Position numbers and translations under genes: made by a program. From Stegostoma tigrinum (lineage: Eukaryota), in assembly GCF_030684315.1 (NCBI RefSeq), contig NC_081396.1:3844001-3908000 (forward strand): 64,000 nt of DNA, read 5' to 3'. Below the pieces are notes generated by a model that saw nothing but the letters and a program-made list of their open reading frames with translations, was not told the DNA's origin and searched no databases. Every line of letters begins with the position of its first letter. Positions within the stretch are counted from its first letter, which is position 1. Positions 27,175-40,093 of the stretch are shown piece by piece.

Positions 27175-27369
27175 TAGTAGGAACTGCGATGCTGTAGAAT
27201 CTGAGATAACAAGGTGCAGAGCTGCATGAACAAAGCAGGCCAAGCAACATCAGAGGACCAGGAACGCTGAAGTTTCTGGCTTAGAGTTTATGCCGGAGCC
27301 GTCAGCATTTCTGCTCCTATGATGCTACTTGGCCTGCTGTGTTCATTCATCTCTACACTTTGTTATCTC
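27175..27369. mobile_element. Short palindromic PLE-derived element
   Basis: Inverted arms; exact 14-bp TSD agctgatcaatagg at 27161-27174 and 27370-27383. Confidence 0.8.
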
Positions 27370-27672
27370 AGCTGATCAATAGGGCTTGTTTATTCTAACA
27401 GTAATACTAGCTTGCAATTACTTGTATTTTCTCGCTTCTCCTATTTATTTTGTCTTTGTGACTGCAGTCTGAATTATCAAAGCATAGAAACTCAGAGGTT
27501 TTCTGTCACCACTTCAGCTTCATTGAGTTAACCAATATTCCCCATTGGTGTGAACAACTTTAGCAGATGCATTATAATCATAACACCTCAATAACAATGT
27601 TAAAATAGAGAACCTTGATTCAAAATTCGAGAATAGATTCGGTTTATTTAAATGAAGATTTGTATCTACATC

Positions 27673-27860
27673 AGAAACAAAAGACACATTTCCTGGAGAA
27701 GGTTAGCATGTCTCGCAGCATTTGTAAATGAGAAAACAGAGTTAACGTTTTGGGTCCAGTGTCCTTTCCTCAGAACTGATGCTGCCAGATGTTCTGAACC
27801 TCTCCGGCAACGTTGCTTTAGTTCCTGAGTTATGGCATCTTCAGTTCCTTCGGTTTTTAC
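27673..27860. mobile_element. Short PLE-derived element (second subfamily)
   Basis: cctggagaag..agttaacgttttgggtccagtg..cagaactgatgctgcc; flanking direct repeat tatctacat. Confidence 0.6.
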
Positions 27861-28254
27861 TTATATCTACATTATCTGCTTGGGTCAGCAGTTAACAGTT
27901 AACATCCCACTGCAGCTTTGTGTCTTCATACTGTTAAAACTTTGTTCCATGCAAATTGTTCAACTTATCTCTTTATTTAAATACCTCACTGCATTGAAAT
28001 GAACTGAATGAGTGGCAAAAAGCCCAAATGGATGTGAAAAAATTATGCATTAATATCTTGCATTCATTCCAGGATTCAGCGATATTTTAGCTAATGGGCA
28101 TAGACATTTAAACGCCAACAGATAAGCTCTCTCAACTTTCTGTATGCAGACTGCACGATGCACGTTTAAGATAACCCCATGATTACTGTGCGGTTCTAGT
28201 CATTCAGGAAGATTAGTGCATCCCAGAAATCGCCCTAAACCCTTTATTAGTTCA

Positions 28255-28580
28255 CAAAATGAGGACGTCGCTGGCTAGGCAGAATTTATTGCCTATGCCT
28301 CATTGCCCAAAAATCAGTCCAAAATGCTATGGGTCTCGAAGACACATGTAGGGCAGACCAGGAAAGAATGGCAGTTTCCTTGCCGAAAAACCACTAATGA
28401 ACCAGATTGTTTACTTTTTCCAGATAATCAACTGTGAAATCATGGTCATCATTGGACACTCCATTCCAGATATTTTATTGAATTCAAATTCTACCATCTG
28501 CCGTAGTGGAATTTGAAACCATAACATTATCTTGTCTCCAGTTTTACAGTCGAATGATAATAACATTCGGCCGTCACTTC
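28255..28580 (-). mobile_element. Deu-domain SINE, degenerate
   Basis: Reverse complement of the SINE at 20200 (gaatttattgcc, cagaccagg, tttattgaattcaaattctaccatctgccgtagtgg). Confidence 0.65.
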
Positions 28581-29099
28581 ACCCTGATGTTCTTCCATAC
28601 TAAGTTATTTTCTTTCTCTTCATGGAGCCCTTACTTTAAGTGTAGAGTTGCTCATCTCACGAAATCGTTTCTACTTACAATTCCTTTTCCGTTGTCTATT
28701 ATTTCTTAGATTTCGTTTCATATTCTGTACTATCTGCAAACAGTTGCTTTCGCTATTTCGATCTATTAATCTCCTTTATTATGTACTGATCTATCAAACT
28801 TTTGGTCACTATCTCTACATCATTTCAATCACTGTTGTGTCACTGTTGATACCTCAATATCTTGCTCGAAACATGCATCAATTTCTCTCAATGTCTTTCT
28901 CTCTCATTCACTCAATGTTTCTTCTTTCTTCATTTACTTCTCCCAATTTCTTAGTTTTGCTTGTTTTTGTACTGTTGGTCATGGCACAGACCAATCACAT
29001 TCAACAGATTTCGCACCTTTGTGACACTGCAAATTACCAGCACATTTCAGAGCATGAGACATCAGTAATTGTGCAGACCTGAATTTGACCATCAGTGCA

Positions 29100-29690
29100 A
29101 TATCATGCTGACTCGTGATCATCATGGCTTATTCCTTTATCCTCGTTGAAAACATTCAAAAATCTTGAAGTTTTTTTTTGTTTTAAAATGTAGTTGTGAA
29201 TTGGCTTGTGCAAAGGGGAGAGAATGGAGGCGAAGTAGGAAGAGATGTGATCATTGTGGCAGTAGCTCGGAGAGACAATGAGTCGGCAGGGGTAGTTGTG
29301 CTTATGGATTTTGTGGAACAAGTTGAATCGGACAGTGTTGGTCTGGGGTGTCTATCAGGTTGGAATTTGGTGGGGGGTTGAGGATGGTTATCAGCAGAGG
29401 ACACCAGAAGCAATGAGGTAAGGGACAGTTTCGGAGACAGTGGCTTGATGAGCGGGGTTGTATCAATTTAAGACATGATGTCAGAGAGTTGAATTTTGGC
29501 CTTTGTGGCACAGAGCTGCTTCCTGCACAAACACCGTCCCTGCCTTTGTCAGCGGGCTTGACAGTGAAATTAGTAATGGTGTGGAGAGATTGGAGCACTG
29601 CACATTCGGAGGGAGAGACGTTAGAATTGGTTAGAGTTGTGGTAAAATTCAGGCGTTCGTTGATTTGGGAATTCATGCTTCAATAACTGA
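29100..29690 (-). mobile_element. Penelope-like RT N-terminal fragment
   Basis: NVSPSECAVLQSL..FTVKPADKG and FHKIHKHNYPCRLIVS. Confidence 0.75.
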
Positions 29691-32600
29691 AGAAATATTT
29701 TCTCTTTTAACCCATGCCTGTGTCAATAGTTTGATGTGCGAGACTGCTTTCATGTGTAACCGTGTCAGTGATTACCAGAGGTAGTTGGAGTTGTCGAGTT
29801 TAGCTGACAGTCAGATCAGCTCTCATCTGACTGACTAGCGGACCAGGCGAGTGTGACTGAATGAGTCATAGTCAAACCCAATTCACTTGATAGTATCTGA
29901 TGTTACAAATAATTCAAGAGAATCTTGGAGCAGTAGCAAGGGTGTGGGCACACGGTATGGCGAGTGATCCAGATCCAATTCTGCTTGAAATCATCAGACC
30001 ACAGGTGCTGGAGGTCAGAAATAAAAACTGGAAGGGTTTGGAATTCTCAGAAAATCAAATGCACCTATGGAGAGAAAAGATGAAGCTAAAAAAAATCAGA
30101 GCTAAACTTTCCAGTTCAATGTCATTCTCCTTTGGAACCGAAGAGATTTGGTGAATTATTAGTTTCAACATAGTGAAACGGGGGAGGAGGGGCGTGGTTT
30201 GGGAAGATGAAAACAAACAGAAGTTCTAAGAAAATAAAAGTGGGGAGTGACTTTGGAAACCATATTGCATAAACTAAGCTCAGAAACAGTCTTGATAACT
30301 GTAAAGAAGACAAACCATCGATCAAGTGCAACTGTTGACAACAGAAAGAAAACCCTGAATGAAAACAATGTCTTCAAAACGAAGACACAGATTGAGTAGT
30401 AATTTCCATACCAAAATGAAAAACACAGTTCGAAACCTGAACTGATTCAACTCTAAAACGCAAAAAATGGAGAATGTTGAAGTAACGTGTCGATTGACCA
30501 TATACTCCAACTATCCTTGCACATTTTCTTTTGCGCTTTTGCATTCTCTTTTGTACCTGCAATATAAATAATCCAAGAATATACAGGACAGCCATTCTCC
30601 TTGCAGATTTCGTCATCATATGATTTCTGTTTTCTTGGGCAAACTCATTTTCATTTTCTGTTGCATTTTATTTTATTTGAGGAAATATTCTTTGTCGATG
30701 TAAATCTTGCATTTCTTGCGTTTATTCTCACCTTCTCTTACGGTCACTCGTGAAATATTATTAGTAATTGTTGGTGATGCTGGATCTGCTTTATCAATAT
30801 GCCTGTGGAAGTTATCGCTTTGAACCATCACTAGATTCATTAAAGAAAAATAACCTGCTATCTCACTAATACTAAGAGATTCTGTCATTGGTGTAATGTA
30901 TTTTTTCTGCCTGTCCATCTCCTGTGAGTCTTCTATAGCTCATTCCAAACACTGGGCATAATATACTGTCCGGATATAATGATTCAGAAACAACGTAATG
31001 CAATGGCCCATTTCCAGAACAATCGATAAGGAAGAGTCAATGCAGTTTGACAGTAATTTCAACAAATCAAATCTATCAGCCTTTTGATGGCAGGAACTTA
31101 ATGCAAATAGAATAGACTATGTCATGACTAGCAGAGGATACGGGAAGAATGCGATCGAATGATGAGAGATTGTGCTTGAAATAAATGAAGGGAAATGTTA
31201 CTTCATATCCAGAAGGCAAATGGTGTGGGATTTCACAGTTCACAGCTGCGTAATCCAAACTCTCCCAGTGACTGTAATGAGCGAGATGTCTGAAAGACTT
31301 GTGCTGAAAAGCATTCACTTTACTTTCCAAAGATCGAGCGTTCCGTTACTCACAACAATGCATTTGACTGTTAGTTTTATGAATGAAGCTTAACAACTCC
31401 ATTGCCTACAATTGGCGATTGTTGGAATTGTATTGCATAGAATGTCTTGCACAGGAACTGTAGCTGGTCCGTGCCAATGTTTATTTTCGACACAAGTCTT
31501 CCCGCGGAATGCAACATCTGAAACTAATCATGTCTTTTCTGATTTTCTTTGTTCTTCCTTCTTTTAGCTCTTTTTAACATTATCCGTGATAATTAACTCA
31601 GTAAATCCATTTGAGTGCATGTGTGCGTGGACTGCAGTAAAATGCAGGAAGCAGTTATGAGGTTAAACAACAAGGTAGCTATTTCCTGATTACAATCAAC
31701 ATTGATGATCGTTGTAATTTTTAAATGTAATTCAGGTCCATTCATCAACACAATCTACATTTCCCCTCTATTGTAGCGTTATTATATCTCATGATTCTGG
31801 AATATTCATTTCAGCATCTGCAACACAAGACCATTATTGCATGCTTTATGTGGTCCTTGGCAGTTTGTGTATCACTTATGTGATTGTCAGACTGTTGCTG
31901 TTATTGATTCACTTTTTCGAAACATATCTTTGAATGGTGGTCATTTCTGAATATTGAAATGAACGACTGGACCTTTGGTACAAAGGAGTTATTGGACTTT
32001 AGGAAGTACCGTACTATAGGCTAAGAGTCAGGCAAAAATCAAGCAGACTATGTGGAAATCCTGTAACATCATATAGCAAAATGGCATAAAGGAACTAACG
32101 AAAAAAACCCTTACGTTCTATTTTCCAAATACAAGTCATCCAGTTATAATATTCGAGTTGGAATGTATTCGTGTTCATCATTTGCTTCACGATTGTTTAA
32201 AATCAAATTTGATAACACAGGAAATAGCAATTGCAGGACAGTGCAGATTTCAAGGTTTCTCCATTTAGATTACGCCATGGTTACTGTATATGAATGTCAA
32301 TTTCGTGCACTTGTCCCATGTCTTTCTTTCTTTTGATGTAAGAGCGTCTGTTGATTGATATTTTGAATTGATTTGGCCGCTGACTACCAATAACTGTCTG
32401 AGAAATAATCCACAGGTTTACAACCGCTTCGTGCAAAACTTCACCTTAGCTCTGCCCAAAATGTCTGAAAATTTCTGATACCTTAGCCTGGTAGAGAGAC
32501 TTTGCTGCATCGTGAATGAAAGCAGCAAGACCAATTTTTGCATCCTTTAATAATTCTATTATATTTCATTTCCACAGGGGAGGAATTTCAAAAGTCACCC

Positions 32601-33244
32601 ATGAAATGCTAATTGATCAGTTAAAGATAATATACCAAAATTCCTTCGATTTTGGAAAGAACCCAGGAATTTGGATCTGAACAAATATGACTTTTCAAAT
32701 CAAGAATACAGGAAGGCAACAACATAAAATGATCTGTCAGTTGGCTGAATATCTGTTATTGACGGTGTTGTAATTGATCGTGAAAGAGATTATATCTTTC
32801 CAGAAACTGCTGGAGATATTTGACACATTTGGCAGAATTTGTCCGGAGAAAGCTGAATTAGCATTTCAAATCCATTGACTGTTCAGAAAACCGAGCTCTG
32901 AGAAACAATCACCGGGCTGGGGCCATTGACACTGCTTTCTCACCACAAATTCTGCCCTTCATGCTCGGTTTCTCCTTTAATCGATGATTGTGTTTCAGAT
33001 GTCCAGCAGTTGCATTTATTAAATTTAGCATAACTGTGCCCTGAGACAATACTCAGAGTACTTGTGAAGATACAAGGTGGTTTCTTCAATCGGAGATTCT
33101 GTTCAAACAATTTGTTGGAATTCAGAAAGGAGCAACATGAGTTGTGATGAAAAGGAAAATTTGCAGGCCGACTGCACTGAGGCTTCGAAAGGCTTAAGTC
33201 AACGTTTTCGAGGCAAATCAAAGCTTTTGCTGTTGGGAATAGAA

Positions 33245-33495
33245 TACAAGAATCCCCTCCCTAACTCCCCACCTCTACTCTCCTCTCCACCTATCTTCTT
33301 TTCTCTCCATTCTTGTCCGCCTCCCCCTCGCTCCCTATTTATACCAGAACCCTCTCTCCACCCCGCTCTCTGATTTAGGGTGCAGGCCCGAAACGTCAGC
33401 TTTTGTGCTCTTGAGTTGCTGCTTGGCCTGCTGTGTTCATCCAGCTTCACACTTTGTACGTTGGATTCTCCAGCACCTGCAGTTCCCATTATCAG
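33245..33495 (+). mobile_element. PLE 3' terminal fragment
   Basis: Pyrimidine tract followed by ctctgatttagggtgcaggcccgaaacgtcagcttttgtgctc..gcagttcccattatc. Confidence 0.7.
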
Positions 33496-34269
33496 TGATA
33501 AAAAGATAGGTTGGTGGGGAAAAAATAGAGAAAATCGTAAGCAGGAATTCTTTTCTAATTGGAAGGATGAGACAAACTGAATCGGTCTATGTTGGACTCT
33601 CATGTATTGGCAATTTAACTAAATGACGTTGATGAGAGGTGCGAAGGTACTGTCAACAATAACAAAATGTGCAGCAATGTAAGATATGAACATACCCAGA
33701 AGTCGAAAAATGAAGAACAACTGAAGAATGCAAAGTTTCAGAAGAATTTAACTGTTTCACGTGCACACATCATAAACAGTCAGTATTCAGTCACAGATCA
33801 TTATCAGGAAGGCAAATGAGATGTGACCCTTTGTGGCCAAATGAGTTGAATATAAAGGTAACAATGACGTGATTTATTTCGACATGACATTCATGATATT
33901 ATGACACCATACCTAAGTGGAGATTTCTTCTCAGTTTTCACGAAGGATGTAAATATAATTGGTTCACGGGAGATGTTGACTGAACAAAGTGGAGTGTCGT
34001 GTCTGAATAGCTTGGAGTGAAGCTGATCACGAGTGAGTGGTGACGTGATTTAAGTTTGCACTTTCCAGAATGATCTTGGCAAGGGTTGCACACATATTGC
34101 CTTCTTTACCAGTGCACAAATATGAACGACTATTTTCAAATTGGCATCTGCAGCGATAGCTGAGAGACAAGGTCGTTGTTCACTTTTGAAACTTTGATTC
34201 AGAAGACTGTGAAAGCAGGAACATGAAATGCTTCAAGAAGTAAATAGATTCTTGATGAGATAGAGATTC

Positions 34270-35830
34270 ATAGATTCGTACAATCATGAAGTATGGGAAC
34301 AGACACTCCTTTCCAAACAGTTCGTGTCATAAATAATTCCAAACTGTAGTAAACCCATCTTCCTGCACCTGGATAATATAACTCCGAAACTTTCCAACTC
34401 ATATTTGCATCTAAATGTATTTTAAACTTTGTAATTTTAAACTCATTCCCCACTTCACCAGGAAGTTCATTCCACACGAGAACCACAATCTGTATAAAAA
34501 ATAACCTCATGTCTTTTTTTAAATCTTTCTCTTCTCACATTTAAAATGTGGCCCATAGTCTCTAATTTCGCTTCCTTTGGGAGAAGCGAACTACCAATGA
34601 TTCTACCTGTGCCTTTTGTTATTTTATGAACTTCTACCACGACACCTTTCAACCTTTTGCGCTTCAATGAAATAAAGGTAGCAGCCTATCCAGTCTTTCC
34701 TAGGAGCTCAAGCCTTCCATCCCCGGCAACCTCCTGGCTAATCTCTTCTGAACCCTCTCAAGCTCAAGAACATCCTCCTTTTACTGGCTGACCAGTACTG
34801 GAGAACCTATGCCAGAAGAGGTTTCATCGATCTCCCTGTCCAACATCACAAACGCGCCAAACCTTATGCTCAAAGGGCGAAGCAATGAAGACAAGATTGC
34901 AAAACACCATTTCAATCATTCTGTGTTCATATGAGGCTCACTTTCAAGAATTACGTGCCGAGTAGCGAGTTTTGAAAGATTTGTGGCTCAGTTTGAGTTT
35001 CTGGATGTGAGCTTGCTCGCTGAGCTGGAAGATTAGTTTTTAGACGTTTCGTCACCATTCTTGGTAGCATCATCAGTGAGGCTCTGATGAAGCGCTGGTG
35101 TTATGTCCCGCTTTCTGTTTTTCTGATTAGGTTGCCTTGGGTTGGTGATGTCATTTCCTGCATTGGTGATGTCATTTCCTGTTCTTTTTCTCAAACAGAG
35201 ACACACACGAGAATTCCTGCAAACATGGCATTCCAACCGGAACTCCATCAACAAACAAATTGATTTGGAGCCAATCTGCCATCATCTGAGAAAATGAACA
35301 AGAAATGACATCACCAACGCAGGAAATGACATCACCAACCCAAGGAAACCTAAACAGATCAATAGAAAGCGGGACATAACACTAGCGCTTCATCGGAGGC
35401 TGACTGATGATGTTAACTAGAATAGTGACGACACGTCTGAAAACTAATCTTCCAGCTCAGCGAGCAGTCTCACATCCAATTACGTGCCTCGTCCCCAAGA
35501 TTGCTCCCCTAGACTGCTTTGCCATTAATTGGTGTCTGCTCTATCCTTCTTATTTGGAACAAACTGCCTAGCCTCGCATTCATCCAAACTGAACTCGTGG
35601 TTCCATTTTCACCCAATTAACCATTTGATCAAGACCCCTTTGTAATATGAGAAAACCTTCTTCACTGTCTACAAAACGGACAAATATGATGTCGTCCACC
35701 AACTTAATAACTATACTTGTTATCTTTATCAGTAAAAAAAATCACACAAATGACAACCAAAAGAGGACCCAGAAGCAATCGCTGTGGAAAACCGCTGGTC
35801 GCAGTCTCCGGTCAGAAATGCAACGTCTCC
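34270..35830 (-). mobile_element. CR1 LINE 3' fragment interrupted by a Penelope insertion
   Basis: RLFFIQIVVLVWNELP and VEVHKITKG; the sequence continues after 35488. Confidence 0.7.
34960..35477. mobile_element. Palindromic Penelope insertion with GIY-YIG C-terminus and two hammerhead-like cores
   Basis: Arms about 35002-35190 and 35295-35477 are inverted; the centre encodes REFLQTWHSNRNSINKQIDLEPI. Exact 11-bp TSD aattacgtgcc at 34949-34959 and 35478-35488. Confidence 0.88.
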
Positions 35831-36331
35831 CATTTTTTCTATCTCTGTTTAACCGTTCCCTGATGGTATCGCGAACTCAATAGCTGTGAAACACGACTAG
35901 GGTACAAAGAAGAATAAAGAACCAGTTAATTGAATGTAGACATAAATGAAAGGGTTAGATAATAGAAGAACAGTGAGATAAATTGCACTGATCAACTGTG
36001 ATCCCTCATGCCAGTAACATGCTCGGTATGAGCCTTGTATTGCACACTACTTTTGTTCCAAATTTTAAATGTCTCTCTTGCAGTTGGTCTATTGTTTAAG
36101 GTACGGCAGGGGAGGTGCTGTGACGTGTTGGTCATTTCCATGCTTGTTAGTAATTGCTCTCCATGAATTTATCTGGCCAATCAATAATTGATTCTACGAA
36201 TGATGACGGCCATATTGTGTAGAAATAGACAAATAACATTCAGTGACAGCTCGTACCATTAGTTGATGTAGAAAATAAAATGTCATTCACTCTTCAAAGT
36301 AGGCATTGTCGAGGTGGCACTGTCAGCGCTC

Positions 36332-36339
36332 ATGCAAAT
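36332..36339 (+). promoter_or_regulatory. Octamer ATGCAAAT upstream of the V leader
   Basis: Exact motif about 160 bp 5' of the leader donor at 36501; function not shown. Confidence 0.35.
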
Positions 36340-36451
36340 TTAAACACTCGTATTAAGGATTTAACTCTTATCCACATTTTCAATTAATTATCGTCGTTTG
36401 GCAATGACTGTATTCCATTTCACGGTGTCTCAAATACAGCACAGCACTGAC

Positions 36452-36881
36452 TGGTCTCGCAACTGCGCTGAGAAGATTGCGCATGGATCATTTCTGACGG
36501 GTAATTGGCAACCTAATTCGTTTCTTTCTTTAATTTAAAAAAGATATCTGCCTTGTTAAAATGAACAAGCCTATTCTGTTAAAACATATTCCTCAGTTCT
36601 GAGGTTTGAAGATTCTGTCACTCCACTCCTGTTCTCAAAAAAAAACTAAGAGTAAAAACAATTACTTCATATTTTATCCATTACAACACACGGAACGTCA
36701 ATTGTTTATGTTGGTAACCGTGAGATTGCATTGACAAATATATTAGTGGTAATGAAGATAAACCAAATTGTGCAAAGGCCATTTCTTCTGCAGAGTTTGA
36801 AATCACAGCTAAAATCCTCACTTCATCGATGTCGTATTGGTAGCTCGCTGATACTACAGTTTGTTACTGCTCCATGAGAAG
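36452..36881 (+). pseudogene. TCR alpha/delta-type V pseudogene (leader without ATG, 96-bp intron, V exon with stops and frameshifts)
   Basis: Leader ends TTT CTG ACG G|GTAATT (36500/36501); acceptor cctcag| (exon start 36597). Translation: LRFEDSVTP..TIT..NTRNVNCLCW*, then KYISGNEDKPNCAKAISSAEFEITAKILTSSMSYW*LADTTVCYCSMR. Confidence 0.88.
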
Positions 36882-36920
36882 AACAGTGATGGAAGTCAGT
36901 CAACCTTTCAAGCAGAAACT
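36882..36920 (+). other. Degenerate 23-bp-spacer recombination signal sequence
   Basis: Heptamer AACAGTG (36882-36888; the essential first C is mutated), exactly 23 nt of spacer, nonamer GCAGAAACT (36912-36920), directly after the CYC-SMR codons. Confidence 0.8.
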
Positions 36921-37323
36921 TGCATCGATCTGAATGCTTTAGAAACACTTGTTTGAACAAGATCCAGCAGGTGTCAAATTGATGATGAAACGCAGCGTGC
37001 CTGGCCTGTCAAACATAATGGGATAGCCCCAGGAAGCAGCCCATTGTATGAAGCTATCAATGTAGTCAGGTAATTACGCAAATTTATCATTTCAACCTCT
37101 GAAAGGCATGGTTGACACGTGAATGAAAACGCCCAGATAATTTCAGAGCCACCACTCGGATTGAGTTGGCCAATGGACATCTGCAATCATCACAATTTAA
37201 TATTGAGGTCCATAATTGGGCAGCCTGATGATCTCATGTTATGTTCTTTACTCACGACCAAAACCCTGGCCCTGACATGACACGAGGTGCATTCATCACA
37301 GCCAACCAATTTGCATTCACAAA

Positions 37324-37605
37324 TGAGATGTTGTTGGGATAACAACGCATTGATTTCTATATTCTTGAGAAATCAATTGTTTTTATCTACTGGCACAGGG
37401 ATACACGGACACTGTCTTAAAACTTCCTTCTCGACTAGATTTAAGTGTGAAACTTTGTAAATCCTTATCTTCCAACACATAATTAGAAAGACACTGCCTC
37501 GAGATTCCTGCCTGAATAGAATTAGGTATAAGCTTTGTTAGTCTTTATCTTTCCGCACTTCGGTATGTGGAAACTGTCTCAAATAAGACTAAGTTGGGCA
37601 GCGTT
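37324..37605 (+). repeat. ERV 5' LTR (3' part and PBS apparently deleted)
   Basis: Aligns to 44935-45215; homology stops shortly after gaaactgtctcaaataag. Confidence 0.85.
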
Positions 37606-38094
37606 TCCTCAGGTAACTGGATTATCCGGGAGGTTAGAGTCCTTCAGTTGCCGGGGTTAGTGTGCCTAGGTCAGGTAAGTGGAAAGTCTGGGAGGTGAGA
37701 TTCCCCCGGTGGATGGGGTCAGAGTCCTTAGGCCAGGAAGTAAAACTGCCTTCGTAAGTCTTGGGGTGTTCGATTCAGATTGGAAAAGTAGGATAAGTCT
37801 TCAGACGTAGGTTTCGGATAGTTACAGTACCTGTCTGTCTCAACCACCCTGCCTCAGATCGGTTGTTCAGAGGGGAAATGCCCGACGCGAATGTTGGGTA
37901 CCCGAAGTGCGTGCTGAGACTAAGGAGACTGGTGTTGTATACAGAAATAAGTAAAAAGTAAAGGCACTAAAAATGGGACAAATGTTAGATTAGTCGGGTG
38001 TCGGAACCCTTTTTCATCGGTTTTACCAGGATGACCTCGAAGAGGATATACAGTACCGAAGTCTGTTGTAATGCCAAAACAAAAAAAAAGGAAA

Positions 38095-40093
38095 ATGAGA
38101 ATCGCCATTAGGTGGAACGTGGGATATTGATCTATGTGCTAAAGTACTTGAGGCAATATCGACACGTAATGCGGGAAGTAAATGGAAACGGTTGATATCA
38201 TCCCGGAAAAAAAAGAGAGCTGAAGAGCTGAATGAAACATCAAAAATGGCTAGTTGGGTGGAAAATGCACGGAGGAAAGGGATTAGTGCATGTGATAGTA
38301 AGGGAAAACCTAAACCTTGGGAGATTTTAACGCCGCAGTGTGAGGATCATGAAATGAATGAACATGGAAGAGTGAAACAGAAAGGCTGGAAAGGGAACGT
38401 TGGGTAAAAAAACGGGGATGAGAACTGCTGACAGAAGATAAAAAAATCGGAGGTAACTCCTGACATACCTGGCATGCCAATGTTTCTCAAAAAATAATGA
38501 CACAGGTAAGCAAGATGACGGGAACTGGGGAAGGCACCCCTTGTCCCATCGGGACTACTAACCCCTCCACAACTCGAACCATCCTTGATCAACCTACATC
38601 TGCAGGCGCCCCAATACCGCCATCAGTCTCAGGAATCGCCCGGAGCCCGATTACTGTTATTGCACGCTGACCACAAGAAACCTCCTACTACAGAATTCCC
38701 AAGTCCTTCAGAAATCAGTCCACGTGAACCTTCTGACAAACCCATGGCTTGGATAGGCTCTATTTCCTGTCATTGTACATCTGAGCCTAAACAGACAATC
38801 AGGAAACAAAATACGGAACAGACTACAAGTGGACAAAAGGAGTGGGGTGCATCACTCTTTTAAAACCCACAGGGGATGCCTGAAATAAATGTCAGCCCCG
38901 CATGCAGTTTCCTCAGCCCACGAGTTCCTGTCTTGTGTCACCTCGCGATGCTGCGAGTGGTGAGAGGGATGTTAGTTCCGATTCAAGGGCTGATGATAAT
39001 GAACCTGAGGACAGCGCTTGGGAGAGACCCTCGGACACCCCTCCCCGAAAGATAGACCCCCATAAAAGAAATCCACAATCTCTGAATCGTACGATCCCTC
39101 ACCTGAGCCCAACACAGGGGGATCAAAATACTATGCAGGCCAACACTCCTTGGAAGCTGCAGGAGATGTGTTTAATTATGCAAAGAGCCACTAATAGAAA
39201 GACTAATCCTGACGACTTCATAGGCTATGTCCTGAGCAGTATTCATATGCACCAAGGCACCCCGCAAGCCCTCTTTAGACTGCGCTGTATGGCTCTTACC
39301 CTCAGTGAATTTTCTCTGTGGAAAATCCCCCTGGGAGACCCAGCTCCCCAAGACTGGAATGCTTTTATAGGTCTTGTAGCTAAAGGTCTTAAGCTACTAA
39401 CCATTAAAGATCCCCTCAAGCGAACATTGCAGAAACCAGTAGATGTTCCCAGAGTGTCAGAGTGCAAATCCAAACGCGGGGAATGAGTTCTGGGAATGTT
39501 TCTGTTCCACATATGCCACCTACTCTGGTAATACTGCCTACTTTGCAGGGAATTCCTCACCACAGTTCAATGCTCTTTTGCTGCAGTGTATACCTGAGGC
39601 TGTGGCGGTGGCTATTCGTACCAATAACATGGATTGGCCAGATAATAACCGTCCTCAAGTGGGAAGGGCCTTAACTTATTAGCGGAAGGAATCCTTACTG
39701 ACCAGAGTCACATATGACATGGTGTAGCATCACCTGTGCCAAGCCAGGTCCAGAAAACCAGCTCATCCAGCATTGGGCTTTCAATTAGTGAGGGCATTTC
39801 ACACAGAATCCCAATACTATTTTCCTGGCTGCGTCGACAATCATGGTAACGGTTTTGTCACTCATCCACACGGTCCTAATGCTCTTCACTATGGAGGACC
39901 ATATGCACCCGCTCCACCATTCCGGAGACCCAGTGCCGCTTTGCCGCGAGGCGCAACACCACACTCCAATGAGGGATGTTTTAACTGTGGCAGTTGGGAT
40001 CAGTGGATGAGGACTTGTGCTCAGAATCAAGGTCAAGGGAGAACACAAGGAAGAAGGCAACCCTTTTCCACTAATAATCCTTTTTCAGCCTGA
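38095..40093 (+). pseudogene. gag: ERV gag, frameshifted
   Basis: Pro-rich region, capsid-like PWKLQEM..NPDDF, CxxxxGE..FWECF..Y..YSG, and zinc knuckle CFNCGSWDQWMRTC. The start is approximate. Confidence 0.8.

Noticed and set aside
30165-30619. Hydrophobic ORFs with VALDRW as a GPCR fragment
   Set aside because: No other GPCR motifs occur in the right order; T-rich composition explains the hydrophobicity.
32940-33221. GDSVQ..DCT (plus) or FTSTLSI (minus) as Ig-domain remnants
   Set aside because: The Cys/Trp spacing does not fit a V or C1 domain.
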